From: Chrysomallon squamiferum
Lineage: Eukaryota; Animalia; Mollusca
DNA: 64,000 nt
Direction of reading: 5' to 3'
Assembly (NCBI GenBank): GCA_012295275.1
Contig: CM022671.1
Span: 33,356,001 to 33,420,000 of the forward strand
Below, in pieces: positions 39,738-52,877 of the stretch. Every line of letters begins with the position of its first letter. Position 1 is the stretch's first letter. The notes under the pieces are model-generated. The model saw only the letters and a program-made list of their open reading frames with translations, was not told the origin of the DNA and searched no databases. The translations under genes were made by a program, and so were the position numbers.

Positions 39738-41223
39738 GTAAAATACCACAAACATTGTCTGCATAACTTGTGGCACCCAGACATTTTTTCACTGGTAACC
39801 TCTTTCAGTGACAGTCTACTGAAATTAGGAACACTATAACAGTAAGAGGGAAATAGTTTCATAAAAAACATATATAATAATAAACCTTTAAATGGAAAGG
39901 TGTAGCTGATGAAAGAAGAGTGTTGAGCTGGAAATTGGTGGGTTTTACAAATGACTCCAATGGTTTTTCCATGTTCCATTTGCTTAAAACTTGGTTAATC
40001 CCAGACTCAGCAACAGACATGCTTGGCATTAGAAGGGAAAATGTTTTCACTACAGCAAAAAATTTGTAATTAATAACATTATTAAATTACTTCATGCATT
40101 TGACAAGAAGACGAAGAAATTGCTGCAAAATTCCAAAACTTAAATCAACTTCTTAGTGATTTTTTTACTCACTGACATGTTTAATGAACTACTTTGTAGA
40201 CTCCTGGAAAAAAGAACAGTGCTTTAAGTCTTTTAAACTGAATTAATTATTATATTTTGCAGGCTCAGTCATGTTCACAGGTTGTAGAAGAACTTGAAGG
40301 AGCACGAGCTAATGAGACAGCCAGTAAGTTATATTGTTAACTAAAAATGTAATTAATATACGTTTTTTATTCTTCTTGAAATGTTCAGTAACCGTATAAT
40401 TCTACTTTCTCTAGCACTCTGTATTGGCACTTAATGATAAACTGGAATGTGTTCTGTTATGCTTAAAGAACAAGAAACAGGAAAATTTGTTTCTTTCATG
40501 ACTGAATATCAGATAAAAATTCATGTATAATATTCAGAATCTATAAATGTTTTATTACAGAAATCAAGCTATTTTTAATTTAAATCTTAGAAACAAATTG
40601 TGTTTATTTTCAGTTTTAAAGGAAGTGGAGCAGAATGAAAAAAAGAAGACAGAAACCTCATACACTGAAGGTAAGTGTCAGATTAAAACTGTAAAATAAA
40701 CCAAAATAAATTTCAGTATAATAAGATCAGTTTCTTATACCTTTATATAAAATGACATTATTAGAAAAGGCGAAATATAATTTTCATGATGATTTTTTAT
40801 ACACTTTCAATAAGTCATGTCTGTTTGAAAATAAAACAGCTCAGTAAACTTTTATTTTTGGTAATCATTTGCCAAAACCTAAAGGTAATGTTTTATACAC
40901 AATCAGCAAGATGTGATACTATGATTACCATTCTAATTATTCATTATAAATAAAATTAGTACAAAATAAAATGTTTTTTTATTATTTTCTTTGCATTTTA
41001 TTAGTGTTATAAAAATTCATGTTCATTTTTAAAATAGATTATTTTGTTTTATGTCATTCTGTTTAGGTACACTCTTATTTTATTATTATGAAACATGAGT
41101 AAACACACACACACACACAGATATACACTCATTTGTTGATATAATGATTTTCTACCTGTAAAACCAAAGATAATTTTCCAGATAAGATGAGTAATAAATA
41201 TATATTTACATATACATAAACAG

Positions 41224-41262
<39 letters not shown>

Positions 41263-41976
41263 GTTATATGAAAACATTCAGACATTTAGGTATGAAACAC
41301 ATATACCTAATGAAGAATTAGTACAAAATAAAATGTTTTTTAAAAATTATTTTCTTTGCATTTTATTAGTGTTATAAAAATTCATGTTCATTTCTAAAAT
41401 AGATTATTTTACTGTATGTGACATTTCTTCATTCTGTTTAGGTACACTGTTATTTTAGTATTATCAAAACATGAATAAACACAGACACACACATTTGTAG
41501 CTATAATGAATTTCTTCTGATAAAACCAAAGATAATTTTCCAAATAGATGAGTAATACATATATATTTACATATACAAAAAGAGAAAGAAACCGTAGAGA
41601 TTTAGGTATGAAATACACATGTACATATTGGTATAAAAACCATATGTCTAATGCAAGAACACACATACACATACTGGTATGAAACACAGAGAAACACTTA
41701 CTGGTATAACACACATAGACTTACAAGCACACATACCTTTACAATACAGACACAGAGATGCTATGATAAATTAGCAATACTTATTAGCAGTACTTACAAT
41801 CTGATGTGACATTTATATTTTTTTGATCTGTATAAAACAGACAGTGGGAAAAACACTAAAAGGGTAACTCATGAAGAGAATAAGCCCACTTCTCATGTTT
41901 GTGGATCTTCAAACAACCATTGTGAGCAGCAGAAATTAGTAAGACCATGTTTTTATTATTTTGGTGTAAATGATAA

Positions 41977-42015
<39 letters not shown>

Positions 42016-45000
42016 AACTCATATGAATCTTGTTTATATTATAATATATTATCTACATTATTTTCATTATATTACTATATACATTTATTTTGTTATTACA
42101 ATGAAGCATATAAAGGTACACATATACAGAAACACATATACATATATATATATAAACATTTTGTAAGATATTCAACTTGCAGAAATGATGATTATATAAC
42201 AAATTTAATATCTTATTAGAATAAAAGGCTGATTCCAGAGTTTGCATTTATTAGTTAACTGTTCTATTAAAAATAATGTTATTGAAATAGTTATTAGCAA
42301 ATTATGTACAAATTTAAAGATGGGATTTACCTAAATGGTCTTATTCTAGGCCAAAATTATGAAACATTATGTTGAATGATGAATAATATTTGTCTTTATA
42401 ACAAAAATAAGAAATCGAAATATTTATAGAGTATTTACAAGAAAGCACTGAAAACATTTGATCAGTTTTGTGAAATCTGCACACTGTGATGAAATAGATG
42501 CTTTGCATTGATTCTGTGGTAATTACATGGTCAGGCATTTTTATTTTATTTGAAAGATGAAATTAATGTTTATAAAAAAAATAAATAAAAAAAAATGGTT
42601 TCTTTTGTTAGGTTGCTGTCTTTTTCATCAAAATAATTATCCATTTCATACTTTAAACCTAAAAAAGGTTTAATTTGGGAATTTTTTAAACCAGACTGAA
42701 GTCATTTGTCTTTTTCAAGTCATTGTATCGTGCAACTAGAAGTGTTAATGTGTGGTGTGTCACTGAAACAAACTTATGCATCCTACAACATGCCCTTTAA
42801 AGGTGTATAATTGTGTTATGACAAATAAATGGTCTAATAAAATTCTTTATTTTTTTTCGAAGATGTTGGTGCCTAAGAACTTAACTTAAAAATCTTGTAA
42901 GAGAAGAATCATTTAATGTTCTCTAAAGTTTCCTAAACATGTCAGACCCAAAAGTGTTTTACTTTGACTTTGCCCCTGTAGAGAAATACATTCTTCTGAC
43001 TGAAAAAAAACAACACCATCCTTTGTACAGAAGTATGTATCCACCTTGTTCCTTGTGTGTATGGAGCTAAGTGTGAACCTTGTGTGTGTGGAGCTAAGTG
43101 TGCACCTTGTGTGTGTGGAGCTAAGTGTGAACCTTGTGTGTGTGGAGCTAGGTGTGAATCTTGTGTGTGTGGAGCTAAGTGTGCACCTTGTGTGGAACCT
43201 TGTGTGTATGGAACTAAGTGTGAACCTTGTGTGTGTGGAACTAAGTGTGCACCTTGTGTGTGTGGATTAAGTGTGAACCCACCAGTGGAGCTAGGTGTGA
43301 ATCTTGTGTGTGTTGTGTGCACCTTGTGTGTTAAAAACCTGTTAAACTGTCAAGTGTCACTTATTTACTTACTAGTCCACACCAATTTGGTAACACAGAC
43401 TTCACAATTCAGATTACCTTTTTTGTCATAAACATAAATATACCATTTTGCCAACAAAATATATTTTGATGATGATATACCATTTGTTTTCTGGTAGCAG
43501 GTTGAAGCAGTCAAAGTCACTTTTTGTAAAAAAAACACAATTATACTACCCACCCCAAGAAAACCACTAATAATAATAAAAGATATAAATCTCTAAATGA
43601 TGGCAGTCTCACAAGTTGTTCTTCAGTTGATGTATAAGTTTCTGGTTCATCCATCTGCACAAATCATTGAGTATGAGACTTCGTTTTCATCTTGGAGTTT
43701 GTAAGCAGCTTCGGAAAAAATGAGATTTGAAGATTTCAGGAGGCTGTTTGAAATGTATACTTACCATCAAATGACATACACCCACTTATAATGTCTTTGA
43801 AAGAAACAATGTTGGACACAAGTGTGCCATATATTGACTTTAACCCTTTAGAAAATATATTATTCTGACTGAAAGCATCAGAGCATGCTTCTGTGTGCTT
43901 TGCTGTGTGCTGGGGTTAAGCATCCACCTGTGTCCCTTTTGTGCAGAATTAAGTATCCACTAATGTGCTTTGTTGTGTGCTGAGTTAAGTGTCTGCTTGT
44001 GTGCCATGTGTGCAGAGTTAAGTATCTGCTTGTGTTCCTTGTTGTGTGCAGAGTTAAGTGTCTACTTGTGTGCCTTGTTGTGTGCTTAGTTAAGTATCTG
44101 CTTGTGTTCCTTGTTGTGTGCTTAGTTAAGTGTCTACTTGTGTGCCTTGTTGTGTGCTTAGTTAAGTATCTACTTGTGTTCCTTGTTGTGTGCAGAGTTA
44201 AGTGTCTACTTGTGTGCCTTGTGTGCAGAGTTAAGTATCTACTTGTGTGCCTTGTTGTGTGCAGAGTTAAGTATCTACTTGTGTGCCTTGTTGTGTGCAG
44301 AGTTAAGTATCTACTTGTGTGCCTTGTTGTGTGCAGAGTTGTATCTTGTTGTGTGTTTAGTTAAGTGTATCTACTTGTGTGCCTTGTTGTGTGCTTAGTT
44401 AAGTATCTACTTGTGTGCCTTGTGTGCAGAGTTAAGTATCTACTTGTGTGCCTTGTTGTGTGCAGAGTTAAGTATCTACTTGTGTGCCTTGTTGTGTGCT
44501 TAGTTAAGTGTATACTTGTGTGCCTTGTTGTGTGCTTAGTTAAGTATCTACTTGTGTGCCTTGTGTGCAGAGTTAAGTATCTACTTGTGTGCCTTGTGTG
44601 CAGAGTTAAGTGTCTACTTGTGTGCCTTGTGTGCAGAGTTAAGTGTCTACTTGTGTGCCTTGTGTGCAGAGTTAAGTGTCTACTTGTGTGCCTTGTTGTG
44701 TGCAGAGTTAAGTGTCTACTTGTGTACCTTGTGTGCAGAGTTAAGTGTCTACTTGTGTGCCTTGTTGTGTGCAGAGTTAAGTGTCTACTTGTGTGCCTTG
44801 TGTGCAGAGTTAAGTGTCTGTCTGTTGTGTGCAGAGTTGTCTACTTGTGTGCCTTGTTGTGTGCAGAGTTAAGTGTCTACTTGTGTGCCTTGTTGTGTGC
44901 AGAGTTAAGTATCTACTTGTGTGCCTTGTTGTGTGCAGAGTTAAGTGTCTACTTGTGTGCCTTGTTGTGTGCAGAGTTAAGTATCTACTTGTGTGCCTTG

Positions 45001-48000
45001 TTGTGTGCAGAGTTAAGTGTCTACTTGTGTGCCTTGTTGTGTGCAGAGTTAAGTATCTACTTGTGTGCCTTGTTGTGTGCAGAGTTAAGTATCTACTTGT
45101 GTGCCTTGTTGTTGCAGAGTTGTGTCTACTTGTGTGCCTTGTTGTGTGCAGAGTTAAGTGTCTACTTGTGTGCCTTGTTGTGTGCAGAGTTAAGTATCTA
45201 CTTGTGTGCCTTGTTGTGTGCAGAGTTAAGTGTCTACTTGTGTGCCTTGTTGTGTGCAGAGTTAAGTGTCTACTTGTGTGCCTTGTTGTGTGCAGAGTTA
45301 AGTATCTACTTGTGTGCCTTGTTGTGTGCAGAGTTAAGTGTCTACTTGTGTGCCTTGTTGTGTGCAGAGTTAAGTGTCTACTTGTGTGTGCCTGTGAGTT
45401 GCCTTGTGTGCAGAGTGCAAATGTCTACTTGTGTGCCTTGTTGTGTGCAGAGTTAAGTATCTACTTGTGTGCCTTGTTGTGTGCAGAGTTAAGTATCTAC
45501 TTGTGTGCCTTGTTGTGTGCAGAGTTAAGTGTCTACTTGTGTGCCTTGTTGTGTGCAGAGTTAAGTATCTACTTGTGTGCCTTGTTGTGTGCAGAGTTAA
45601 GTGTCTACTTGTGTGCCTTGTTGTGTGCAGAGTTAAGTGTCTACTTGTGTGCCTTGTGTGCAGAGTTAAGTATCTACTTGTGTGCCTTGTTGTGTGCAGA
45701 GTTAAGTGTCTACTTGTGTACCTTGTTGTGTGCAGAGTTAAGTATCTACTTGTGTGCCTTGTTGTGTGCAGAGTTAAGTATCTATCTTGTTGTGTGCAGT
45801 GTCATCTACTTGTGTGCCTTGTTGTGTGCAGAGTTAAGTGTCTACTTGTGTGCCTTGTTGTGTGCAGAGTTAAGTATCTACTTGTGTGCCTTGTTGTGTG
45901 CAGAGTTAAGTGTCTACTTGTGTACCTTGTTGTGTGCAGAGTTAAGTATCTACTTGTGTGCCTTGTTGTGTGCAGAGTTAAGTGTCTACTTGTGTGCCTT
46001 GTGTGCAGAGTTAAGTGTCTACTTGTGTGCCTTGTTTGTGTGCAGAGTTAAATGTCTACTTGTGTACCTTGTTGTGTGCAGAGTTAAGTATCTACTTGTG
46101 TGCCTTGTTTGTGTGCAGAGTTAAGTATCTACTTGTGTGCCTTGTTGTGTGCAGAGTTAAGTGTCTACTTGTGTGCCTTGTTGTGTGCAGAGTTAAGTAT
46201 CTACTTGTGTGCCTTGTTGTGTGCAGAGTTAAGTGTATACTTGTGTGCCTTGTTGTGTGCAGAGTTAAGTGTCTACTTGTGTGCCTTGTGTGCAGAGTTA
46301 AATGTCTACTTGTGTACCTTCTTGTGTGCAGAGTTAAGTATCTACTTGTGTGCCTTGTTGTGTGCAGAGTTAAGTATCTACTTGTGTGCCTTGTTGTGTG
46401 CAGAGTTAAGTGTCTACTTGTGTGCCTTGTTGTGTGCAGAGTTAAGTATCTACTTGTGTGCCTTGTTGTGTGCAGAGTTAAGTATCTACTTGTGTGCCTT
46501 CTTGTGTGCAGAGTTAAGTATCTACTTGTGTGCCTTGTTGTGTGCAGAGTTAAGTGTCTACTTGTGTACCTTGTTGTGTGCAGAGTTAAGTATCTTCTTG
46601 TGTGCCTTGTTGTGTGCAGAGTTAAGTGTCTACTTGTGTACCTTGTTGTGTGCAGAGTTAAGTATCTACTTGTGTGCCTTGTGTGCAGAGTTAAGTGTCT
46701 ACTTGTGTACCTTGTTGTGTGCAGTTGAGTATCTACTTGTGTGCCTTGTTGTGTGCAGAGTTAAGTATCTACTTGTGCGCCTTGTTGTGTGCAGTCGAAG
46801 TCACTTTTTGTAAAAAAAACAATTATACTAACTCCCTAAAAAAATACCTAAAAATAATAATAAAAAATATAAATCTCTAAGTGATGGCAGTCTCACAAGT
46901 TGTTCTTCAGTTGATGTATAAGTCTCTGATTCCTCCATCTTCACAAATCATTGAATATGAGACTTCCTTTGCACCTAAAACAGTCTGCTAAATCCAAATA
47001 TTCATTAAATCAGATACACTGTATGTCACGTTGTTATGTGAAGTTATGTGTGGTTCTCTCTCACTGTTAGTACTCACATTGCAGATACATGAAGAGAAGG
47101 AATACACCAAAGCAGAAGTAACACAAGCTCTTCAACATATGTCAAATTGGAGGACAGTTTTGACAGAAGAAGAGGTGAAATAAAATTATAAATAAATTCA
47201 CAAGAGAATTTAATTGGCTTGACATGCTCAGAAATACATCAGCACTCAAACAAATTTCAGATACCTGATATTGTTTTTTTAATGTCATAAAACCAGTTAA
47301 AAAAAGTAGTATTCAGAATTGTCAGAATAAGTTAATAAATCTTTTAAAAAAATGATAAAAAAATAAATTTGTCACACCAATTTTTGTTTTGTGTCTTAAG
47401 CATTATTTCATATTTCCTAATCATCATACATGCAATAAAAAAAACCAAAAAAAAAAAAAACAAAAAAACCCCAAAAAACCATTAAACGTTAAAAACGTCC
47501 AATGAAAACCAAATAGAAAATATCCTTGCAAATTCAGTTATTATTTAAATATATATAATTTTTTAACAATTAATTATTTATTTATTTATTCCAAAGGTTA
47601 AGGATTACATGAAAGACTTTATAGATTCAGATGGCACTTACATTATATGGTTTTGGGAAAGAAAAAGAAGACCTGTGATTTCTGTTCTGTGAGTATTTGT
47701 AGAAACTGATTGTGACTTTGTGACCGGGGCATTTATTTACTGAAATATTTAGATATCAAATAATTTCTTCTTCTATTAAATCTGTCCTTAATTAACACTG
47801 CTTTTTTGTGAGTATTTGCACAGATATAATGACTACTCCTTTACTGCATCATTATGAGTTCTAACAGCAACAAATACTAGTGAACTAATTCTATATATGT
47901 GATCTCTACCACTATTACTTTGATAAAACAACTGTTGCTAGTAAAATTATTTTTACACTGGCATTTCCTGGCTTATGAAATTGGGCTCTATTCTTAGATC

Positions 48001-48760
48001 TGTCTGTATGTTTTTTTCTCGTGTCTGCTAGTTAAATATTTGTCTTAGTATATATTTTACTTAAAACATTTTAAACATAATACAATAATAATAATAATGT
48101 CTGTATCACCTAAAACACATACACACATTTTTAAATACAGACATCATACAAAGGCGGGAGGGAGAATGAAAAAAAAAAGGAAAAAGAGAACAAAACTTTA
48201 ACTTTTTATTTTTATTTTTCACTAAGAACCTGAAAGGCACTAAAATTTCTCAGGACTATTAAAACGTAGTTTGTATTATATATTATATCAATTAATTCAG
48301 CCTAAATTTAAATTAATCGAATAATTTACAATAATTGTTTTGTGATGAACATGTACATACACATACATGTGTGTGTGTGTGTGTGTGTGTGGAAAATATG
48401 CATTGCAAAGTAGTCTTGCCATTTCATTATAACCAAGTTATGTAACTTGCATTCTTAATACAGTAGTCTTTAGAGTGAACAATGCATAACTATATATGTT
48501 TGTTACTACTATTATTTCAGATACTCTGAAGAAATAATTACATTTCTGTTTTGTATTGTTTTTGTTTGTATTTTAGACACCATGGTGAAATTGTAAATTT
48601 TATTGTACACAAGAGGAAGAAGCAGAATGAAACTAACTATTTCATTGAAACAGATCAGGAAATTTGTTCAACACTTGATGATGTTGTCAGCTTCCATATT
48701 AAACATGGAATCAGAGACACACGTAACGAATCATATGGACAAGTCATACGACTACTATAG
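34435..48760 (+). CDS. Gene E: CARD + Z-alpha + ITAM-like region + divergent SH2 domain (~486 aa, or ~414 aa if 38344 splices directly to 47085)
   Basis: Exons 34435-34560, 35058-35223, 35902-36006, 36486-36607, 37152-37355, 37747-37802, 38245-38344, 40263-40323, 40614-40670, 41841-41938, 47085-47174, 47597-47688, 48577-48760 are phase-consistent and open. No second Z-alpha exon follows 43467. Confidence 0.72.
43900..46795. repeat. ~2.9-kb 36-bp minisatellite array (33-bp variants) in the intron before the SH2 exons
   Basis: Unit gtgcagagttaagt(a/g)tctacttgtgtgccttgttgt, roughly 80 copies by length, same family as 3735-4035. It is flanked by a duplicated ~180-bp block (about 43505-43685 and 46790-46970). 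Confidence 0.97.
47085..48760 (+). CDS. SH2 domain exons (three) of gene E
   Basis: Spliced: ...QHMSNWRTVLTEEE/VKDYMKDFIDSDGTYIIWFWERKRRPVISVL/HHGEIVNFIVHKRKKQNETNYFIETDQEICSTLDDVVSFHIKHGIRDTRNESYGQVIRLL*. This follows the SH2 pattern W..helixA..GTFLVR..LSV..V.H..I..Y.I..F.SL..LV.YY. Confidence 0.75.
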
Positions 48761-49199
48761 TGAAACACACACACAAAAAAGTGTTTATGAATCGTTAAAC
48801 ATTTTAAAAATTGCTTTTAAGAGTGTTTAAAATTATCATAATGTAAGCATTTTATATTTTAATCCAAAGGAATGAAATGCAACGTACACTTCATTAAAAA
48901 TTCATTTCATTTTGCAATTGGAAGAAAATACCAACAACAAAAACAAAATAAAACCAAAAAATCAAAAATCAAAATAACTCTGGAAGAAGTCATCAAGTAT
49001 TCAGTGAAAACGTTTTTGTGTGTATAAATCTGTTTTAGGAATTCTGTGTTCTGTAATGGAATGGAAAATTTTACTTTTCAATATTTTGGGCCTGAAGTAA
49101 TTTCATGAATTCAGTTAAACATTACTTTTTATTTATTTACTTATTTATTTAATCAAAATGCAAAACTGTTTATGAAATTAAATTTCTCCCAAAAAATCA

Positions 49200-49530
49200 T
49201 ATAAGGACATAATATCTTATTACTATTATTACTATTACTATTATTGCTACTACTATTACTATTAATATTACTGCAGTTACTACTACTATTACTACTACTA
49301 CTACTACTATTACTGCTGTTGCTACTGCTGCTGGTACCATCAATACTATTGTGAGTACTAATAATACTGCTGATACTACTACAATTGTTAGACAATGAGA
49401 CATGATGTTACTGCTACTACCATTACCACTACTGCTACTAATATTATTCCTAGTCTACTTTTGCAAATTCTACTACTAGTGCTACCAGTACTATTACTAA
49501 AGCTGCTAAAATTGTTAGTGCTATTGTTGT
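49200..49530. repeat. Degenerate (TAC/TAT/TGC)n low-complexity tract
   Basis: tactattattactattactattattgctactact... trinucleotide periodicity. Confidence 0.85.
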
Positions 49531-49849
49531 GAAACTTGGTTGTGCACGATTATTATTTCATCATGAACAACAACATTTATTTTGTTTGCAATAAAGGCAG
49601 AGGTTTGAAGTCAGAGTTAGTTAATCTACTACATATTCAGGAAATAATTCAGAAACATGATTTCTATCACACATACAGAGCGCTCCTCCTTCTCACTTTA
49701 TTTTAGCCAGTGAGGTGCTGCATCAAAGGCTAGCTAAAAAACTTAAAACAATTTTTGTTTAATTCACAAACTATATACTGAATAGTATATAACACTCTAT
49801 TTTAGTAAACATACAACATAATGATTGAGATTAACATAACATACAACAA

Positions 49850-50250
49850 AATATAGACACTAACAGAAAATGCAACACTATAATAAAAGAAACGAGTTAA
49901 ACGTATAAAATTAACAATATAAACATTGTATAAAAGAGTAAACTCATAGAATTAACAGAATAAACATTGTACAAAACTTACAAAATAAACACTTTGTATA
50001 AAGCTAACAAAGTAAACTTATAAAATTAACAGTCAACATTGTACAAAACTAACAAAGTAAACGTTGAAGAAAATTAACAAAGTAAATACGTTGTATAAAA
50101 ATAACAAAATAAACACATTGAATAAAACTAACAAAGTAAACACACTGTATATAATTAACAAAGTAAAACAGTGTATAAAAATAAGGAACATATACATAAC
50201 TAACAAAGTAAAAACTATAAAACAAAGTAAACACACTGTATAAAACTTAA
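49850..50250. repeat. Degenerate ~25-30-bp A-rich tandem repeat
   Basis: Recurring aactaacaaagtaaacacattgtataa-like units. Confidence 0.75.
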
Positions 50251-50726
50251 ACCTCGATTATTGATTTAATCTGCAATTAAATTTTATTGTAGAATGAACT
50301 ATATGATCATCTTAATATATTTATCTATTGATCTATCTACCTAACTATTCATACTTTAGCCTAATTATTTTTTCATGCTGTGTTTAAATTAAAGTCACAT
50401 TGTTTTTGATATTATTATTATCTTTTTTATTATTTTATATACTGATAGAAATTTGTTTATATATATATATAATCATCTAGTGACAAAACCAATCTGTTTT
50501 CTTTAAAATGTAAAAATATTGTATACCTGTATACAGATAATTTTGCAGTAAAATTAAAAATTACACTGCAATATAATCTAGTTTATCTCTGTATTAGTAA
50601 AAAATTACTTAAATATTTGAACGTTTCTTCTCCTTTTTCGTTTACTGTATGTAAACAAACGATTTAGTTTATTCATGAATCGAAACTTGCATAAACTCTA
50701 TATGGTACCTAAACACCACCCGATCT

Positions 50727-50875
<149 letters not shown>

Positions 50876-51325
50876 ATACTTTTGATGCCGTTTGCAAGTA
50901 ACGAAATCTTTAACCACGGTTATCTTCTTCAATCGGCCTGTTCCATGACAGAACACTACACATTTTTTTTTAATAAATTTAACCAATCTCAGATTTGGAT
51001 TAAAATTTGGAATAAATATGGACTAAACTCGCTTCTCGGATCCGTACTGGATTAGGGGCCATAAAGCAGACATAAAGGTGAATAATTTTCGTAACAGGTC
51101 CGCCCCTGCACACACATGTAAAACAGAAATAACAAAATAACAAAAATTCATTATTGTCGTCAACATTTATCCTACATCTCTGCAAGACACCTAATTATGG
51201 CTAAAAAGAAAGAAAAGAAGAATCGTCTGTCACGGACTCGTGCACAATGGAAACTGGTCCTCCTTAGCTTCCTCGGCAAGCTTTGAAAAGATATTCATTT
51301 TTAATGAATGTGTAATTTGTCATGT

Positions 51326-51381
<56 letters not shown>

Positions 51382-52226
51382 GAGATAGATAGATAGATAG
51401 ATAGATCCAAAATTAACTAAGGCATTTATTTTGAGAAAGACCTTTTTGAATAATGATTTCCCGGTTGTGTTTCCAGACCATATCATAGAATTATATTTTA
51501 ATTGTTAGCAGTTTCTATAATTTGAAATACATAGGGGTCAAAAGAATTAATTTCTACACTGATCTGTATCGAAGTTATTTTTTTATTGTTTTTCCCTGGA
51601 CTGGTGTATAATACACTAGAAATACAAATCTGAATCGTATTGCTAACATGATGGACCATCCAATTTGTGACGTCACGTTAAAGAACTTAAAACGGAATAA
51701 AAAAAAATAAAAAATCATTTTCAGGGACAAAGCTACATAAACATTTGTCTGTTTATTTTTGTAAAACTCAGTTCTTCTGTCAAACATTCGTTAAAAATTA
51801 TACTCAGAGAATCAAAGTCTCCTCTGCCCTCCTTTTTGTGCAGCAGAAACTATTCTGTCCAGCTTTACTATTTAGTCTAGTTATGTACCAGTTTATTATT
51901 TTTTTTCTTAATTTAACTTTCATTGGAGCAATAGTTTTACCAGGTTTCCTTAATACTTCCTTGGGCGTTTAAAATAGACAGGATTTCGTTTAAAATATAT
52001 AAAAAGATGATCAAGGTAGTGTCCCGTGATGTTTTTCAAGCTTTAATACATCTCCCTACAATAGGTATTTCGATTATTCTTTTAGAAATTTATTAAGCGA
52101 TACATTCCGAAAGTGACATTTTGCCTCCATAGCAAAAACAAATTTATTAAACACCCGGATATTCGGTTACTATAGTCTAATAAGTAATATCAATAAGGCG
52201 GCGTAACACCTTTACTGGATCATGCT

Positions 52227-52251
52227 AGAAAGTCCCAAACTGGAATTTCCC
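52227..52251 (-). promoter_or_regulatory. Tandem NF-kB sites
   Basis: AGAAAGTCCC (reverse complement GGGACTTTCT) and GGAATTTCCC (reverse complement GGGAAATTCC, a perfect kB consensus), about 40-60 bp before the Inr-like motif. Confidence 0.65.
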
Positions 52252-52454
52252 AGTGTAACCAATATCAGTGTACATATTTTGTAACTATTTCATTCTGTTT
52301 TCGCAGTTGTTGAATTTAAGCGTGGTCATAATTTAATTAAGTCTTCGTATTTGTAGTAGAAAAATTAGAAATAACAGCAGACATAAAGGTGAGTAATTTT
52401 TGACTCGTCAGCTTTGAAAATGCCAAATGTAAGAATTAAATTTGTATATACAAG

Positions 52455-52491
<37 letters not shown>

Positions 52492-52603
52492 TTACGCCTT
52501 CTCAGCAGAGGGTTTACTGAATAATTTGCATTCATTTGTTTGTACAGATACAAAAATAGTAATGTATGACATACTTCACTTTCCATTGTGAAAAAAAAAA
52601 ATA

Positions 52604-52658
<55 letters not shown>

Positions 52659-52818
52659 GTAATAATGAAAACAAAAATAGGGAATTAAATTTAACCGATA
52701 TTCATTTAAATATTTTACTGGTTTCTTTCTCTTTTTTTGTCACATCATAACAACACTATTAAAATGATACTGAAAAGTTATCATTGTAGAACAATTACAA
52801 GAATGATCAAATGATATT

Positions 52819-52877
<59 letters not shown>

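Noticed and set aside
43900-46795. 36-bp repeat as a CRISPR array
   Set aside because: The units are head-to-tail with no unique spacers, there are no cas genes, and the context is a eukaryotic intron.
43999-46880. Long Cys/Leu/Val-rich ORFs (up to 436 aa)
   Set aside because: They are translations of the 36-bp minisatellite, open in several frames, with frame switches and no splice context.
681-48760. Annotation as ADAR1, PKZ, ZBP1, RIG-I/MDA5 or MAVS
   Set aside because: I found no deaminase, dsRBD, kinase, canonical RHIM, DExD/H helicase or C-terminal transmembrane exon. The genes close with stop codons after Z-alpha or SH2.
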